DNA of 64,000 nt, taken from IMG/VR virus record IMGVR_UViG_3300027963_000041, positions 32,001-96,000 of that record; one strand, given 5' to 3'. Made by a program: the position numbers and the translations under genes. This stretch comes from a virus. Under the pieces are notes generated by a model. That model made no database searches. It was not told the origin of the DNA and saw only the letters and a list, made by a program, of their open reading frames with translations. Positions 17,581-27,403 of this stretch are shown in pieces (position 1 is the first letter of the stretch; each line of letters starts with the position of its first letter).

Positions 17581-18732
17581 ATGTTTCTTGGTCGCGAAGG
17601 TTTTTATTGGTGGATTGGTATTGTTGAGGATAATGTAGACCCTCTTTTGTTAGGGCGCGTTAAAGTACGCATCTTTGGATATCACTCATCGTATGCAGAA
17701 AGAGCAAGAGGAATTCCTACTGCGGATTTACCTTGGGCAACAATTGTTGTGCCACCTAATGGACAGAACACTTATTCTAGAATTGGACTAGGTGAATGGG
17801 TTGTAGGTTTCTTCATGGATGGCGCAGACGCACAAGAGCCAATTGTGTTGGGTATTATGCCTACACCTCTTTCAGAAGGTGCGGTAACAAGTGGCTTTGG
17901 TCAATACGGAACACCTACTAGATCGTTTCCTCAGATTACTACATCAAAAGATAATTATCCTCCAAACGGAAGTGCAGATAACGATTATTCTAGACTAGCA
18001 CAAAGAATGTCTATAATGTCTGAAGGTGGCCACCAGATCAATCTTATAGATCATAGTGATACTGACAATCCTTCTATATTAGAAATTAAACATAAAAACG
18101 GAAGTTCTTTTGTGGAACTTAGAAGTAACGGACTCACAATTAGCAATCAAGGTAAGACTAAAATTACATTTGATGATGAGCGTATCTATGCTGTAGGTCC
18201 ACACGGCACAAACGAACTATCTGTGCCGCCACCTCCATCAGGTGGGGGCGGCGGTAAAATCATATGTACCAAACTTTATGAATTGGGTTATTTGTCAAAA
18301 GAAATTTATGAGTTAGACCAAGAGTTTGGTCAACTTTTAGTTGAGAAAAGTCCTGACACCTACTACGGATATATCGCATGGGCGCAAACTGTTGTAGATT
18401 GGATGGAAGGTAACGGACCTCAATGTATGTTCTGGATTCGTGATTCAGAAGAAAGAAAGCAAGCCCAAGTATATCTAAGTACTAAGTGGGCTAGAGAGAT
18501 TGCAACACCATGGGCAAGTCATATGGCTTATCTAATGGGAAATGAAAATGAAAAGAATGTTACTGGCAGAGTCTTAATGTCTGTCGGCAAGCCAATCTGC
18601 AAAGTGATTGGTGTATGGCAAAGATGGTTTGGCAAATCAGATCAGCCAACAGGGTTATTCAAAGGTTTCTTACTGTGGGGAATCTTTGCAATTCTACGAT
18701 TTATTGTATGGTTTTATAGGAACGTAAAATGA
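17581..18732 (+). CDS. gp5: Short gp5-like baseplate spike protein (OB fold) with unusual C-terminal domain
   Basis: WWIGIVED..DPLLLGRVKVRIFGYH, LPWA, GEWVVGFFMDG..AQEP; no T4 lysozyme domain seen. Confidence 0.85.
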   Translation: MFLGREGFYWWIGIVEDNVDPLLLGRVKVRIFGYHSSYAERARGIPTADLPWATIVVPPNGQNTYSRIGLGEWVVGFFMDGADAQEPIVLGIMPTPLSEGAVTSGFGQYGTPTRSFPQITTSKDNYPPNGSADNDYSRLAQRMSIMSEGGHQINLIDHSDTDNPSILEIKHKNGSSFVELRSNGLTISNQGKTKITFDDERIYAVGPHGTNELSVPPPPSGGGGGKIICTKLYELGYLSKEIYELDQEFGQLLVEKSPDTYYGYIAWAQTVVDWMEGNGPQCMFWIRDSEERKQAQVYLSTKWAREIATPWASHMAYLMGNENEKNVTGRVLMSVGKPICKVIGVWQRWFGKSDQPTGLFKGFLLWGIFAILRFIVWFYRNVK

Positions 18733-18887
18733 AAAATGAAGAACTTAAAGATGCACTCGACAAACTTACTGAAATTGAGAGACAGATTCTTATTGATAAT
18801 ATCAACTACCATACTGTGTTGATTTTATTGAAGATGTTTCCTGATAATGACATTATTAAAGACTTGGTAAATAGTAAAAGGACCTAA
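18729..18887 (+). CDS. Small hypothetical protein (52 aa, MKNEELKDALDKL...)
   Basis: ATGA overlap with the gp5 stop; ORF below the track cutoff, translated by hand. Confidence 0.55.
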   Translation: MKNEELKDALDKLTEIERQILIDNINYHTVLILLKMFPDNDIIKDLVNSKRT

Positions 18888-18893
18888 AACCTT

Positions 18894-18901
18894 TATAAAT
18901 A
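18894..18901 (+). promoter_or_regulatory. T4 late promoter
   Basis: Exact TATAAATA upstream of the Hc1-like gene, gp25 and gp6. Confidence 0.8.
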
Positions 18902-18925
18902 CTCTTAAATCACAGGGGACACCCT

Positions 18926-18954
18926 ATTTTAGTTGCTTGTCAAGCATTTGTCAA
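18926..18954 (-). promoter_or_regulatory. sigma70-type promoter, antisense to the baseplate operon
   Basis: Minus strand TTGACA-17 nt-TAAAAT. Confidence 0.6.
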
Positions 18955-18989
18955 GTAATTTTCGCATATTAACCATTGAGGAACATATT

Positions 18990-19166
18990 ATGTCCAATCA
19001 CGAAACACTTGTCAATCTTTTCGAAACTTATGTAAAAGAGAACGAAAAATTTGCAGAAAAAGGCGTAAAAGCCGCCGGAACAAGAGCAAGAAAAGCATTA
19101 GCCGAATTCACTAAAGCGGCAAAAGAACGCAGAAAAGAAATTCAGGATCAAAAGACAGCAGAATAA
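18990..19166 (+). CDS. Histone H1-like (Hc1-type) small basic protein
   Basis: EKF.EKGVKAAGTRARKAL.E..K..KE.R motif; GAGG RBS before ATG 18990. Confidence 0.75.
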   Translation: MSNHETLVNLFETYVKENEKFAEKGVKAAGTRARKALAEFTKAAKERRKEIQDQKTAE

Positions 19167-19169
19167 TAT

Positions 19170-19547
19170 ATGGCATCCGCATTTTCCGACTTACCTCTAA
19201 GTTTTAAGATTAATCCTATTACAGGAGATGTACCGCCTGCGCGTAATGAAAGCGCAGTAAAAAAGGCGCTGATTAATCTAATCAAAACACCAGTCGGAAC
19301 GCGCCCATTTGCTCCAGAGTACGGATCAAGAGTTTATGACTATTTGTTTGAACCCGCAGATTCGCAAACAGAATTACGTTTGAACGATGACATAGCACAA
19401 TGCATTGAACGATTTGAACCTAGGGCACAAGTGGTTGCAATTGAATCAAGTATTACAGACAATGGTATTGAATTAAAAGTAGAATATTATGTGGTGAATG
19501 TAGCAACTTTACAACAACTAGAAACAGTAATCACAAGAACGGCATAA
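19170..19547 (+). CDS. gp25: Baseplate wedge gp25
   Basis: FSDL.LSF..NP.TGD, AVK..L.NL..T..G.RPF.P.YGS, FEPR. Confidence 0.93.
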   Translation: MASAFSDLPLSFKINPITGDVPPARNESAVKKALINLIKTPVGTRPFAPEYGSRVYDYLFEPADSQTELRLNDDIAQCIERFEPRAQVVAIESSITDNGIELKVEYYVVNVATLQQLETVITRTA

Positions 19548-19551
19548 ACAA

Positions 19552-21369
19552 ATGGCTACACCTACAAATTTAAAAATTGATGGCGTAAATTTTCTACAAA
19601 TTCGTGAAAACTTCAAAAACTATTTGAAGAATCAAGATCAGTTTAGAGATTATAACTTTGATGCTTCTGGTATCTCCACTCTACTTGACATTTTAACTTT
19701 TAACACATATTACAATTCGTTCTATGTGAACATGGTTGCGACTGAAACAAATTTAAATACAGCACAGCGTAGAAATTCAATTGTCAATCTTGCTGGTAGT
19801 TTGAACTATGTACCAAGATCAACTACTGCGGCAAGAATTAAAGGTACAATTAAATTAACTGCAACTGGTTCTCCCTCTTCAATTACACTTCCACAGTACA
19901 CTCGCTTTGATGCAGTTTATGAGGGGGTGACGTATTCGTTCGTAACGCAAGAGCCTTTAACATTTACATCAGCCACAAGTTACACGTTAAGCAACATTGA
20001 ATTAATTCAAGGGCGTTATATTCAAGAAAGATATACGGTCAATCTTGACGATGGCACACAAAGATTTTTAATCAATAACGCATTAGTAGACACCGCAACT
20101 TTATTGGTTCGTGTTCAAACTTCTTCGACAATTGGTACACTTAGAGTTTTTGAAAATCCAACCAACCTTGTTGAAGTTTCTGGAACTACTCGCGCATACT
20201 TCATTAAAGAAGTTGAAGATGGTAAATATGAAGTAACTTTCGGTGATGATGTTATTGGTGAAGCACTTGACAATGATAACATTGTTATTATGGATTACAT
20301 CGTAACTGAAGGTGCATCTGCCAATCAAATTCGCGAGATAACTTTAACATCTACTATCGCAAATGTTCAAGACGCACTATTTACTGCGAATGATGTTTCA
20401 TTGGGTGGTGAAGACAGAGAAACGCCAGAAAGAATTAAATTTGCCGCACCAAAGTTTTACACCGCACAGAATCGTGCAGTTACAGTAGAAGACTATCGCG
20501 CTATTCTTTTAAATGCACCGAACGTAGGTTCAGTATCAGTATGGGGCGGAGAGGATAATGATCCACCATTTTATGGTAAAGTTTTTATTGCTGTAAAACC
20601 TACAGTAGGTGAACAATTAACTACTACAGAAAAAGATAGTATTGTCAGAACCATTCTTAAAGGTAAAAAGATTTTAACTGTTCAAAACGAAATAGTTGAT
20701 CCTGAATTTATTTTCATTTCTATTGTTGCTGACGTAAAATATGATCCAGAACAAACTGTTGCAACACAAGACAGCGTAAATTCAAAAATACTTGATACCA
20801 TTAAATTGTATAACGATACAGACATTAATCAATTTTCAAAATATCTACGCTATTCAAAACTATCGCGTTTGATTGATACATGTGAGCGTTCAATTTTAAG
20901 TTCCGAACTGACATTATCGATGTACAAAGAATTTGATTTGCAGTTAGGACAAGCATCACGTTATGTAATTAACTTCTCAAATAGCATTTCAAAACAAACT
21001 GTTGGTCGTTTGTCGAGTTTTGGCTATGGTCAAGGCGGCGCAATTACTTCAGGCGCATTTACATTTCAAGGATTTCCAAATTGTATCTTAGAAGATAACA
21101 ACGGAATTCTTCGCGTATTTCGTAGAGTAGAACAAAATATTTTTGGTGTCGCACAAAACGTAGGCACTATAAATTATGACACAGGACAACTTATTCTAAA
21201 CGATTTTAATCCTACTGCGATTGCCGAAGGTGGTGTTACTCTCAAGATTTTTGCTATTCCTTCAGGTAATGATATTTTACCACTTAGAGGACAAATCGTT
21301 AGTATTCGTGACGAAGACATTACGATCAATCTAACAAACGATAAAACAATTAGCCTAGTAAGAAGATAA
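19552..21369 (+). CDS. gp6: Baseplate wedge gp6
   Basis: F.DYNFDASG...LLD.L..NTYYN, LNYVPRS, AQNRAVT..DY, WGGEDNDPP.YGKVFI. Confidence 0.95.
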   Translation: MATPTNLKIDGVNFLQIRENFKNYLKNQDQFRDYNFDASGISTLLDILTFNTYYNSFYVNMVATETNLNTAQRRNSIVNLAGSLNYVPRSTTAARIKGTIKLTATGSPSSITLPQYTRFDAVYEGVTYSFVTQEPLTFTSATSYTLSNIELIQGRYIQERYTVNLDDGTQRFLINNALVDTATLLVRVQTSSTIGTLRVFENPTNLVEVSGTTRAYFIKEVEDGKYEVTFGDDVIGEALDNDNIVIMDYIVTEGASANQIREITLTSTIANVQDALFTANDVSLGGEDRETPERIKFAAPKFYTAQNRAVTVEDYRAILLNAPNVGSVSVWGGEDNDPPFYGKVFIAVKPTVGEQLTTTEKDSIVRTILKGKKILTVQNEIVDPEFIFISIVADVKYDPEQTVATQDSVNSKILDTIKLYNDTDINQFSKYLRYSKLSRLIDTCERSILSSELTLSMYKEFDLQLGQASRYVINFSNSISKQTVGRLSSFGYGQGGAITSGAFTFQGFPNCILEDNNGILRVFRRVEQNIFGVAQNVGTINYDTGQLILNDFNPTAIAEGGVTLKIFAIPSGNDILPLRGQIVSIRDEDITINLTNDKTISLVRR

Positions 21370-21370
21370 A

Positions 21371-24300
21371 ATGGCTGATACAGTCTATTACAATCCAACT
21401 CTTGGACTCCAAAACATCACGCCTGCGCTTGATGATGAAACCTTTTTGTTTTTCCTCAGCGCATACTATGATTGGATGCAGACAACCGATATTACCTTTA
21501 ATGGTGCGTCTGGTGCATTCTCAAATGGCGAAATAATTACAGGGCAAGATTCAAGAGCAACCGCAACAATTCGTTATGTAGGATCAAATACAATTACTGT
21601 CTCAATGAAGACGGAAATTCCATTTGACCTTGGAGAAGAATTTGTTGGTGGCACAAGCGCAAACTCAGCATTTGTTTTAGAACTATCAGACAATGTATTG
21701 CGTAAAGCATCTCACATTCGCGAAAATAAAAATAACGACAAAGCCCAAGGGCAATTTTTAGAATATCTTAAAGGCGAACTGAACAAAGGCATACCAGTTA
21801 AAACTTCTGCTGATAGAAGAAGATTGATTGCACAACTAAAAGATTTTTTTAGATCAAAGTCTACTGAAGAAGCATATACGTTTCTTTTCAGAGCATTGTT
21901 TAATGAAACAATTGAGATTCGTTATCCTGGTGATGATTTGCTACGAGTTTCAGATGGTAACTTTTTAAAGCAAAGTACTATTCGTATTAATGACAGAGGC
22001 GTGTCTCAACTTGGCGGTGAAGCAAGTGTAGTTTCAGGTAATGCTCTTGTAATTGGAAGCAATACAGATTTTACAGATTTTTCTACATCAGATTATTTTA
22101 AAATTGGTACTCAACAAGCAGTCGTGTCAAATGTTATTAATGCGACACACATGCTTGCGACAACAAATTTTACAACAACCGCAAATAATCAATTTGTTTA
22201 CGAGTTAATACCAACAGATATTTTTGAATTAAAAAACAAAACCATTCGAGGTAGAACTTCAGGTTCTATTGGCGTTGTTGCAGACGTTCGCGCATCTACT
22301 CTTGGTGGTAAATCTTATGCTGACGTTATTCTTCGATTAATTTCTGGCTCATTTGCAGAAAACGAAATTATTGAAGATATTGAGAATCCATCATCTAACG
22401 TCATTGTGTATGGTGTTGTAAATGGTATTAATATTAACGATGGTGGTACAGGTTATGCAGTTGACGATGTAGTTATCATTACAGGTGATGGCTCAGAAGC
22501 CGCCGCAAAAGTTACCTCTGTTTCTGAAGCGCCAATTACAAAAATTGTTTTGGCCAACACCGGTATTGGTTATCAGAACAATTTAAGTGCAGTAATTAAT
22601 AACACAGGAACTGGCGGTACAGGATTTGCAGTTAAAATTTCTGAAATTGCAAACACATATACTGTAGGCGCAAACAATCAATATACAGTTGGTGATACAG
22701 TATCATTAAGAATTGTAAATCGCGGTTCTGGTTACGTTGCACTTCCTACAATTACATTACAAGACACCGCCGTTGCATCACTAGGTCTTCTACATGATAA
22801 ATTAATTCGTATCAATAATGCAGGTACGTTGTATCAAGTAGGCGATGCACTTGTCTTTACAAATCCAATAGGATTTAGTGGCAACACGGCGGTTGGTCGC
22901 GTTGCGGCAGTTACAGAACGATGGGCAGAAACTCCAGTAATTTTAGTTGCGACTGAAATTGTTGAGCCATACAAAAATGAAAGTCTATTAGATGACTTTG
23001 GATCAAATACAGTTAGCGTTGATGGCGCAGGCGATGAAGAAGTTGGTATTCTCATCGAAGGTAGTTACTACGACAGACTGAAAACAGAAGATTGGCGCGC
23101 CGTTGGTCCGATTGAACGTCTAGAACTTACACATTCCGCAAACGGAAATTATGCATTTGGTAGCGGATACTCTACAACCAGTTTGCCAACTGTAGCAGTT
23201 ACATCTGCAAATGGTGTTGGTGCAAGTTTACAAGTATTTAATATTCAAGGTAAGAGTGCAGTTATTAATATTGATGCAAGCAACAACATTGCAGGTATCG
23301 GTTCAATTCGTGAAGTTACAATTCTTAACCAAGGTATTGATTACACCACAGCAACCATTGATGCGTCTGCTAAAGGTGATGGCAATGCAAATCTAACCGC
23401 AGAAATTGGTGGCTTGTTTGTTGATTCTGGTCGCTTTACGAATGATGATGGTAAAATAAACTTTAAGATTCTTCAAGACTCATTATTCTATCAAGATTTT
23501 TCATATGTTATTCGAAGCGGTTTATCATTTGATCGATATAAAGAAATTGTTAAAGAAGTAGTTCACCCTGCTGGCTTAGAATTTTTTGGTGAAATTGTTA
23601 TTACAAGCACCATTTCTTTGACAGCCAACTTCTCTTCACAATTTGCGGCCGCATCCGCGCCAAGATTTGCTTCTATATTCTCTTTCTTGTCATTGTTCGA
23701 AGGTATTGGATTGCCTCCTCCAGTACAATCTTCAATTATCGTCAAAATTAAACCAGTTGTTTCTTATGTTGATCAAGCAATACTTGACTTACCTGAACAA
23801 GATGGCGGAACAATTCAAGTTGAAATTAATCCTACGATTAATGTTGGTGCAATAACCCATACTGAGTATCGTCCAATTCTTTCACCAGTTATTGATGTTG
23901 GTATTTTTGGTGCCGCAAATGTTACAGTTATTCCTGTATCTTTAGGTACAAGCGAATACGATGTTATTCTTGCTGGTGCATCTCTACCTGCTACATTTGA
24001 CCCGTCTGGTGCAGTTAGAGAAATTAATATTGAGCCGATTGTTATCAATCAAGGCATAACTGTTATTGAGTCTACCGATCCAGGTCTTAAAGGACCACTA
24101 CAATTTTGGCTCGGTCCAGTTGTTGTTTCCGCAGAGTTTATTTTCTCATCGGTGGCACCAAGAACAGAAGTTTCTGGTGGCGTAGGAATAATCGTATCAA
24201 CATCTACATTTACGGATTCAGAATATAACGTAGAAATTCCTATTTTTGTTGGTATGACGCCAACAATTATACCGACAGATCAAATTGCTACACCTAAGTT

Positions 24301-26023
24301 TTTCAAGACAGAAATTAACACCGCACCTCAGCCTAGTACTTTGTATAAGGTTGAAATTAATTCTATCTTCACAAGACTTCCACCGCTCACATATGGCGAT
24401 TTGATTATTGGTGATTATGCTCAAGATATAATTTTTTACGAAGCAGACACCAAGTTCAATACTACATTGTACAATGTTGGTGCCGCTAGAAACGAATACA
24501 ACATTGAGATTCCATCGTATGTTGATGTTACGATGGGATTCTATAGTGCTATCACTACAATGCAAGCTGATATTAAATCAGTTGAAATTGATATTGAGTT
24601 GCTACAAAGCGTTTCATCAAGCATCAGAGCAAGTTATAAGATAGATATTCTTTCTGGAGAAGGAATTACAAAAGGACAATTCCTTTTCAAGAATCTTCCT
24701 TTAGATGCATATGCACTAGAACAAATTCAAGAGGTTGCAACCTTAACATTTAATTCTGTTTCTCCAATAACATATCCGAATGCGAGAGCAAGAGTTAATA
24801 GTATTTTTGAAATTGACTTGCCAACAGTTACGCTTACACAACCATTAAATGTTGTGCCAAGTGACTTTTTCCCTGATATAAAATACATTCAGCCACAACT
24901 AAACATTGGTGCCTTAGATTATAGCGAAATTGAAGTTAATGTTGAGACATTTGTAGACGCTACAATGGCATTCTACAGCAATATTGTTACAGTTGAAACC
25001 GACATTAAATCAGTTGAAATTGATATTGAATTGTTTAATTCTGTGGCTTCGTCAGCAAGAACAAAGTATACGATAGAACCGTCTGCAACTAATTTGGTCA
25101 TTCAAAGCACTCCGTTGGCTTCTATTAAGATTGAAATTCTTTCACCAACAGATAGATACAAAGACCAATTCATCAGTAGATTCGCAAATAATTCTATTGC
25201 AAGTTTCGACACCGAGCCTATAGAAGATAGAATTGCTCTTGCGGCCGCAGGTTTTGTAAATGGTAAATATGATTATTACTATCAAAATGCGCGTCTAAAA
25301 CAATTTAGCAATACCGAAATTTCTGTATTAGAAAATCTTTCATTCTTGGATGCATTTGGTAATGATACAGTACGCAAAAATATACCAATCTCAGGTGCAG
25401 TAAATGTTCCGACTGTTATATACGACAATGTTACTTTACAAGTCATCAATGGACAACAAATAAATACTTACGCAAATGCATTATTCTCAGATAGTAGCGG
25501 ATTCCGTCCTGTGGTATTTGGTTCAGAAAATAACGGCACTCAAAACGGCACTATCACTTTCACAGTTCCAGCGGATGCTCCTAGTACGTTATATTACATT
25601 TGTCAATTCCACCACTTGATGCAAGGTGTGCTTTCAATTGTATCAGGATCAGGCTCAGGAGGAGCCAACAATCTTACTACATTTAATGTAACAAACGCTG
25701 GTGCAGGCGCCTATGTAATTGATGGTAACAGTAATCCAACACTAACATTAGTGCGAGGAAATACATACTACTTTGCAGTTTCAGCACCAGGTCATCCGTT
25801 CTGGATTAAAACAAATCCAAATACCGGTACAAGTAATGCATATAACAATGGACTAGCAACCGGCACTAACTTTACCGAAGATTTTAAAGTTCGAGATTAC
25901 ATTATCATTGGAAACGAAAAATTCATTATTACAGATATTGCAAACTCAAATTACATGGAGATTAACGTCTCCGCATCACAAAATTACACCAATGTTCCCG
26001 CTTATAGAGAAATTTTTGTATAA
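21371..26023 (+). CDS. gp7: Baseplate wedge initiator gp7-like, enlarged
   Basis: FL.AYY.W, FFRSKST..AY.FLFR.LF, LQDSLFYQDFSYVIRS, VVHPAGLEFFGE; between gp6 and gp8. Confidence 0.8.
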   Translation: MADTVYYNPTLGLQNITPALDDETFLFFLSAYYDWMQTTDITFNGASGAFSNGEIITGQDSRATATIRYVGSNTITVSMKTEIPFDLGEEFVGGTSANSAFVLELSDNVLRKASHIRENKNNDKAQGQFLEYLKGELNKGIPVKTSADRRRLIAQLKDFFRSKSTEEAYTFLFRALFNETIEIRYPGDDLLRVSDGNFLKQSTIRINDRGVSQLGGEASVVSGNALVIGSNTDFTDFSTSDYFKIGTQQAVVSNVINATHMLATTNFTTTANNQFVYELIPTDIFELKNKTIRGRTSGSIGVVADVRASTLGGKSYADVILRLISGSFAENEIIEDIENPSSNVIVYGVVNGININDGGTGYAVDDVVIITGDGSEAAAKVTSVSEAPITKIVLANTGIGYQNNLSAVINNTGTGGTGFAVKISEIANTYTVGANNQYTVGDTVSLRIVNRGSGYVALPTITLQDTAVASLGLLHDKLIRINNAGTLYQVGDALVFTNPIGFSGNTAVGRVAAVTERWAETPVILVATEIVEPYKNESLLDDFGSNTVSVDGAGDEEVGILIEGSYYDRLKTEDWRAVGPIERLELTHSANGNYAFGSGYSTTSLPTVAVTSANGVGASLQVFNIQGKSAVINIDASNNIAGIGSIREVTILNQGIDYTTATIDASAKGDGNANLTAEIGGLFVDSGRFTNDDGKINFKILQDSLFYQDFSYVIRSGLSFDRYKEIVKEVVHPAGLEFFGEIVITSTISLTANFSSQFAAASAPRFASIFSFLSLFEGIGLPPPVQSSIIVKIKPVVSYVDQAILDLPEQDGGTIQVEINPTINVGAITHTEYRPILSPVIDVGIFGAANVTVIPVSLGTSEYDVILAGASLPATFDPSGAVREINIEPIVINQGITVIESTDPGLKGPLQFWLGPVVVSAEFIFSSVAPRTEVSGGVGIIVSTSTFTDSEYNVEIPIFVGMTPTIIPTDQIATPKFFKTEINTAPQPSTLYKVEINSIFTRLPPLTYGDLIIGDYAQDIIFYEADTKFNTTLYNVGAARNEYNIEIPSYVDVTMGFYSAITTMQADIKSVEIDIELLQSVSSSIRASYKIDILSGEGITKGQFLFKNLPLDAYALEQIQEVATLTFNSVSPITYPNARARVNSIFEIDLPTVTLTQPLNVVPSDFFPDIKYIQPQLNIGALDYSEIEVNVETFVDATMAFYSNIVTVETDIKSVEIDIELFNSVASSARTKYTIEPSATNLVIQSTPLASIKIEILSPTDRYKDQFISRFANNSIASFDTEPIEDRIALAAAGFVNGKYDYYYQNARLKQFSNTEISVLENLSFLDAFGNDTVRKNIPISGAVNVPTVIYDNVTLQVINGQQINTYANALFSDSSGFRPVVFGSENNGTQNGTITFTVPADAPSTLYYICQFHHLMQGVLSIVSGSGSGGANNLTTFNVTNAGAGAYVIDGNSNPTLTLVRGNTYYFAVSAPGHPFWIKTNPNTGTSNAYNNGLATGTNFTEDFKVRDYIIIGNEKFIITDIANSNYMEINVSASQNYTNVPAYREIFV

Positions 26024-26026
26024 ATA
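26019..26026 (+). promoter_or_regulatory. T4 late promoter for gp8
   Basis: Exact TATAAATA overlapping the gp7 stop. Confidence 0.8.
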
Positions 26027-26101
26027 AGAGAGACTTTTATGAGTGGATTTTTTACCATAAACGATAAAATAGCCAGAATTGGCTCAACAAGGAGATAAAA
26101 C

Positions 26102-27367
26102 ATGCCAGCAATTGCAACCAGTAAATTCAGAGTGCATAATGCAGAGCAGTTTCTAGAATCATTTTCAGAAGCCTCTAACACCATTATGTACCTTTTCGTA
26201 GGCGGACCAAGCGCATTCGTAGATGACGCTAACCCACCAACACCAACCAACTCAACCGCAAACATTGAATATGTGCCATGGCGCGATACTTTCGGCGCAA
26301 AACGTATTCAGACAACTGACGTTGTTCACGTTGTTGATCGTTATGACTGGGCTTCAGGCACAGTTTATGATCAGTATGATGATCAAGATACAAATATTTT
26401 AGATGATGACTTTTATGTTGTCACAGATGATTATAACGTCTACAAATGCTTGTTCAACAACGGCGGTGGTGCTTCAACAACAAAACCATCTGGCACATCT
26501 ACAAGCCCATTTAATACCGCAGACGGATACAAATGGAAATACATGTACACAATTACTACATCCGATGCGTTGAAGTTTTTGACAAACGACTACATGCCAG
26601 TTCGTACAGACGCAACAGTATCCGCTGCCGCCGTGGGTGGTGCGATTCACGTTATTCAAGTTACAGCAGGTGGTTCAGCATACGCTTCAGCACCAACAGT
26701 AACTATTACAGGTGACGGATCAAGTGCCGCCGCAACAGCAACTGTGGCTGCTGGTGCAGTTACCGCAATTACAGTTGGCACAATCGGTTCTGGATACTCA
26801 AACGCAACAGTATCATTCTCTGGTGGTGGCGGTTCAGGCGCGGCCGCAAGAGCAATCATTTCACCTAAGTACGGTCACGGCAATAATGCAGTTGAAGAAC
26901 TTGGTGGTAAGTTTGTTATGATTAACGTCCGTCTTGACGGTTCTGAAGCAAACACAATTTCTACTGCTAACGACTTCCGTAAGATTGCATTGGTTCGTGA
27001 TCCATTTGAATTTGGTACAGCAACTCGCGCCATTTCTACGAACTATCGTCAGACATATCGTTTCACAATTCCAGCACCAAACACAAACTACGTTGTTGAC
27101 GAAGTAGTAACTTCAGGTTCTAACACCGCGGTTGTTGTTGAATGGGATAGCACCAACAAGTACTTGTACACAACAAAACCAATGCCACAAACATTTGCAA
27201 ATACTGCATCTGTTGTTGGTGCAACTGGTACAACTGGCACAATTACTGCTATTGCTAACTCTCAATTGGAACCATATTCTGGTGACGTTCTTTATATTGA
27301 AAACCGTAGCCCAATTTCTCGCGCGGCTGATCAGATTGAAGACGTTAAACTAGTCATTGAATTTTAA
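26102..27367 (+). CDS. gp8: Baseplate wedge gp8
   Basis: FRVHNAEQF, R.DW.SGT.YD.Y, VYKCL.N, DGYKWKYMY, YIENR.PI.RA.DQ.ED.KLVIEF. Confidence 0.93.
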   Translation: MPAIATSKFRVHNAEQFLESFSEASNTIMYLFVGGPSAFVDDANPPTPTNSTANIEYVPWRDTFGAKRIQTTDVVHVVDRYDWASGTVYDQYDDQDTNILDDDFYVVTDDYNVYKCLFNNGGGASTTKPSGTSTSPFNTADGYKWKYMYTITTSDALKFLTNDYMPVRTDATVSAAAVGGAIHVIQVTAGGSAYASAPTVTITGDGSSAAATATVAAGAVTAITVGTIGSGYSNATVSFSGGGGSGAAARAIISPKYGHGNNAVEELGGKFVMINVRLDGSEANTISTANDFRKIALVRDPFEFGTATRAISTNYRQTYRFTIPAPNTNYVVDEVVTSGSNTAVVVEWDSTNKYLYTTKPMPQTFANTASVVGATGTTGTITAIANSQLEPYSGDVLYIENRSPISRAADQIEDVKLVIEF

Positions 27368-27403
27368 TCGTTATTATAATTAAACTTATTGTAGAAAAAA
27401 ACT

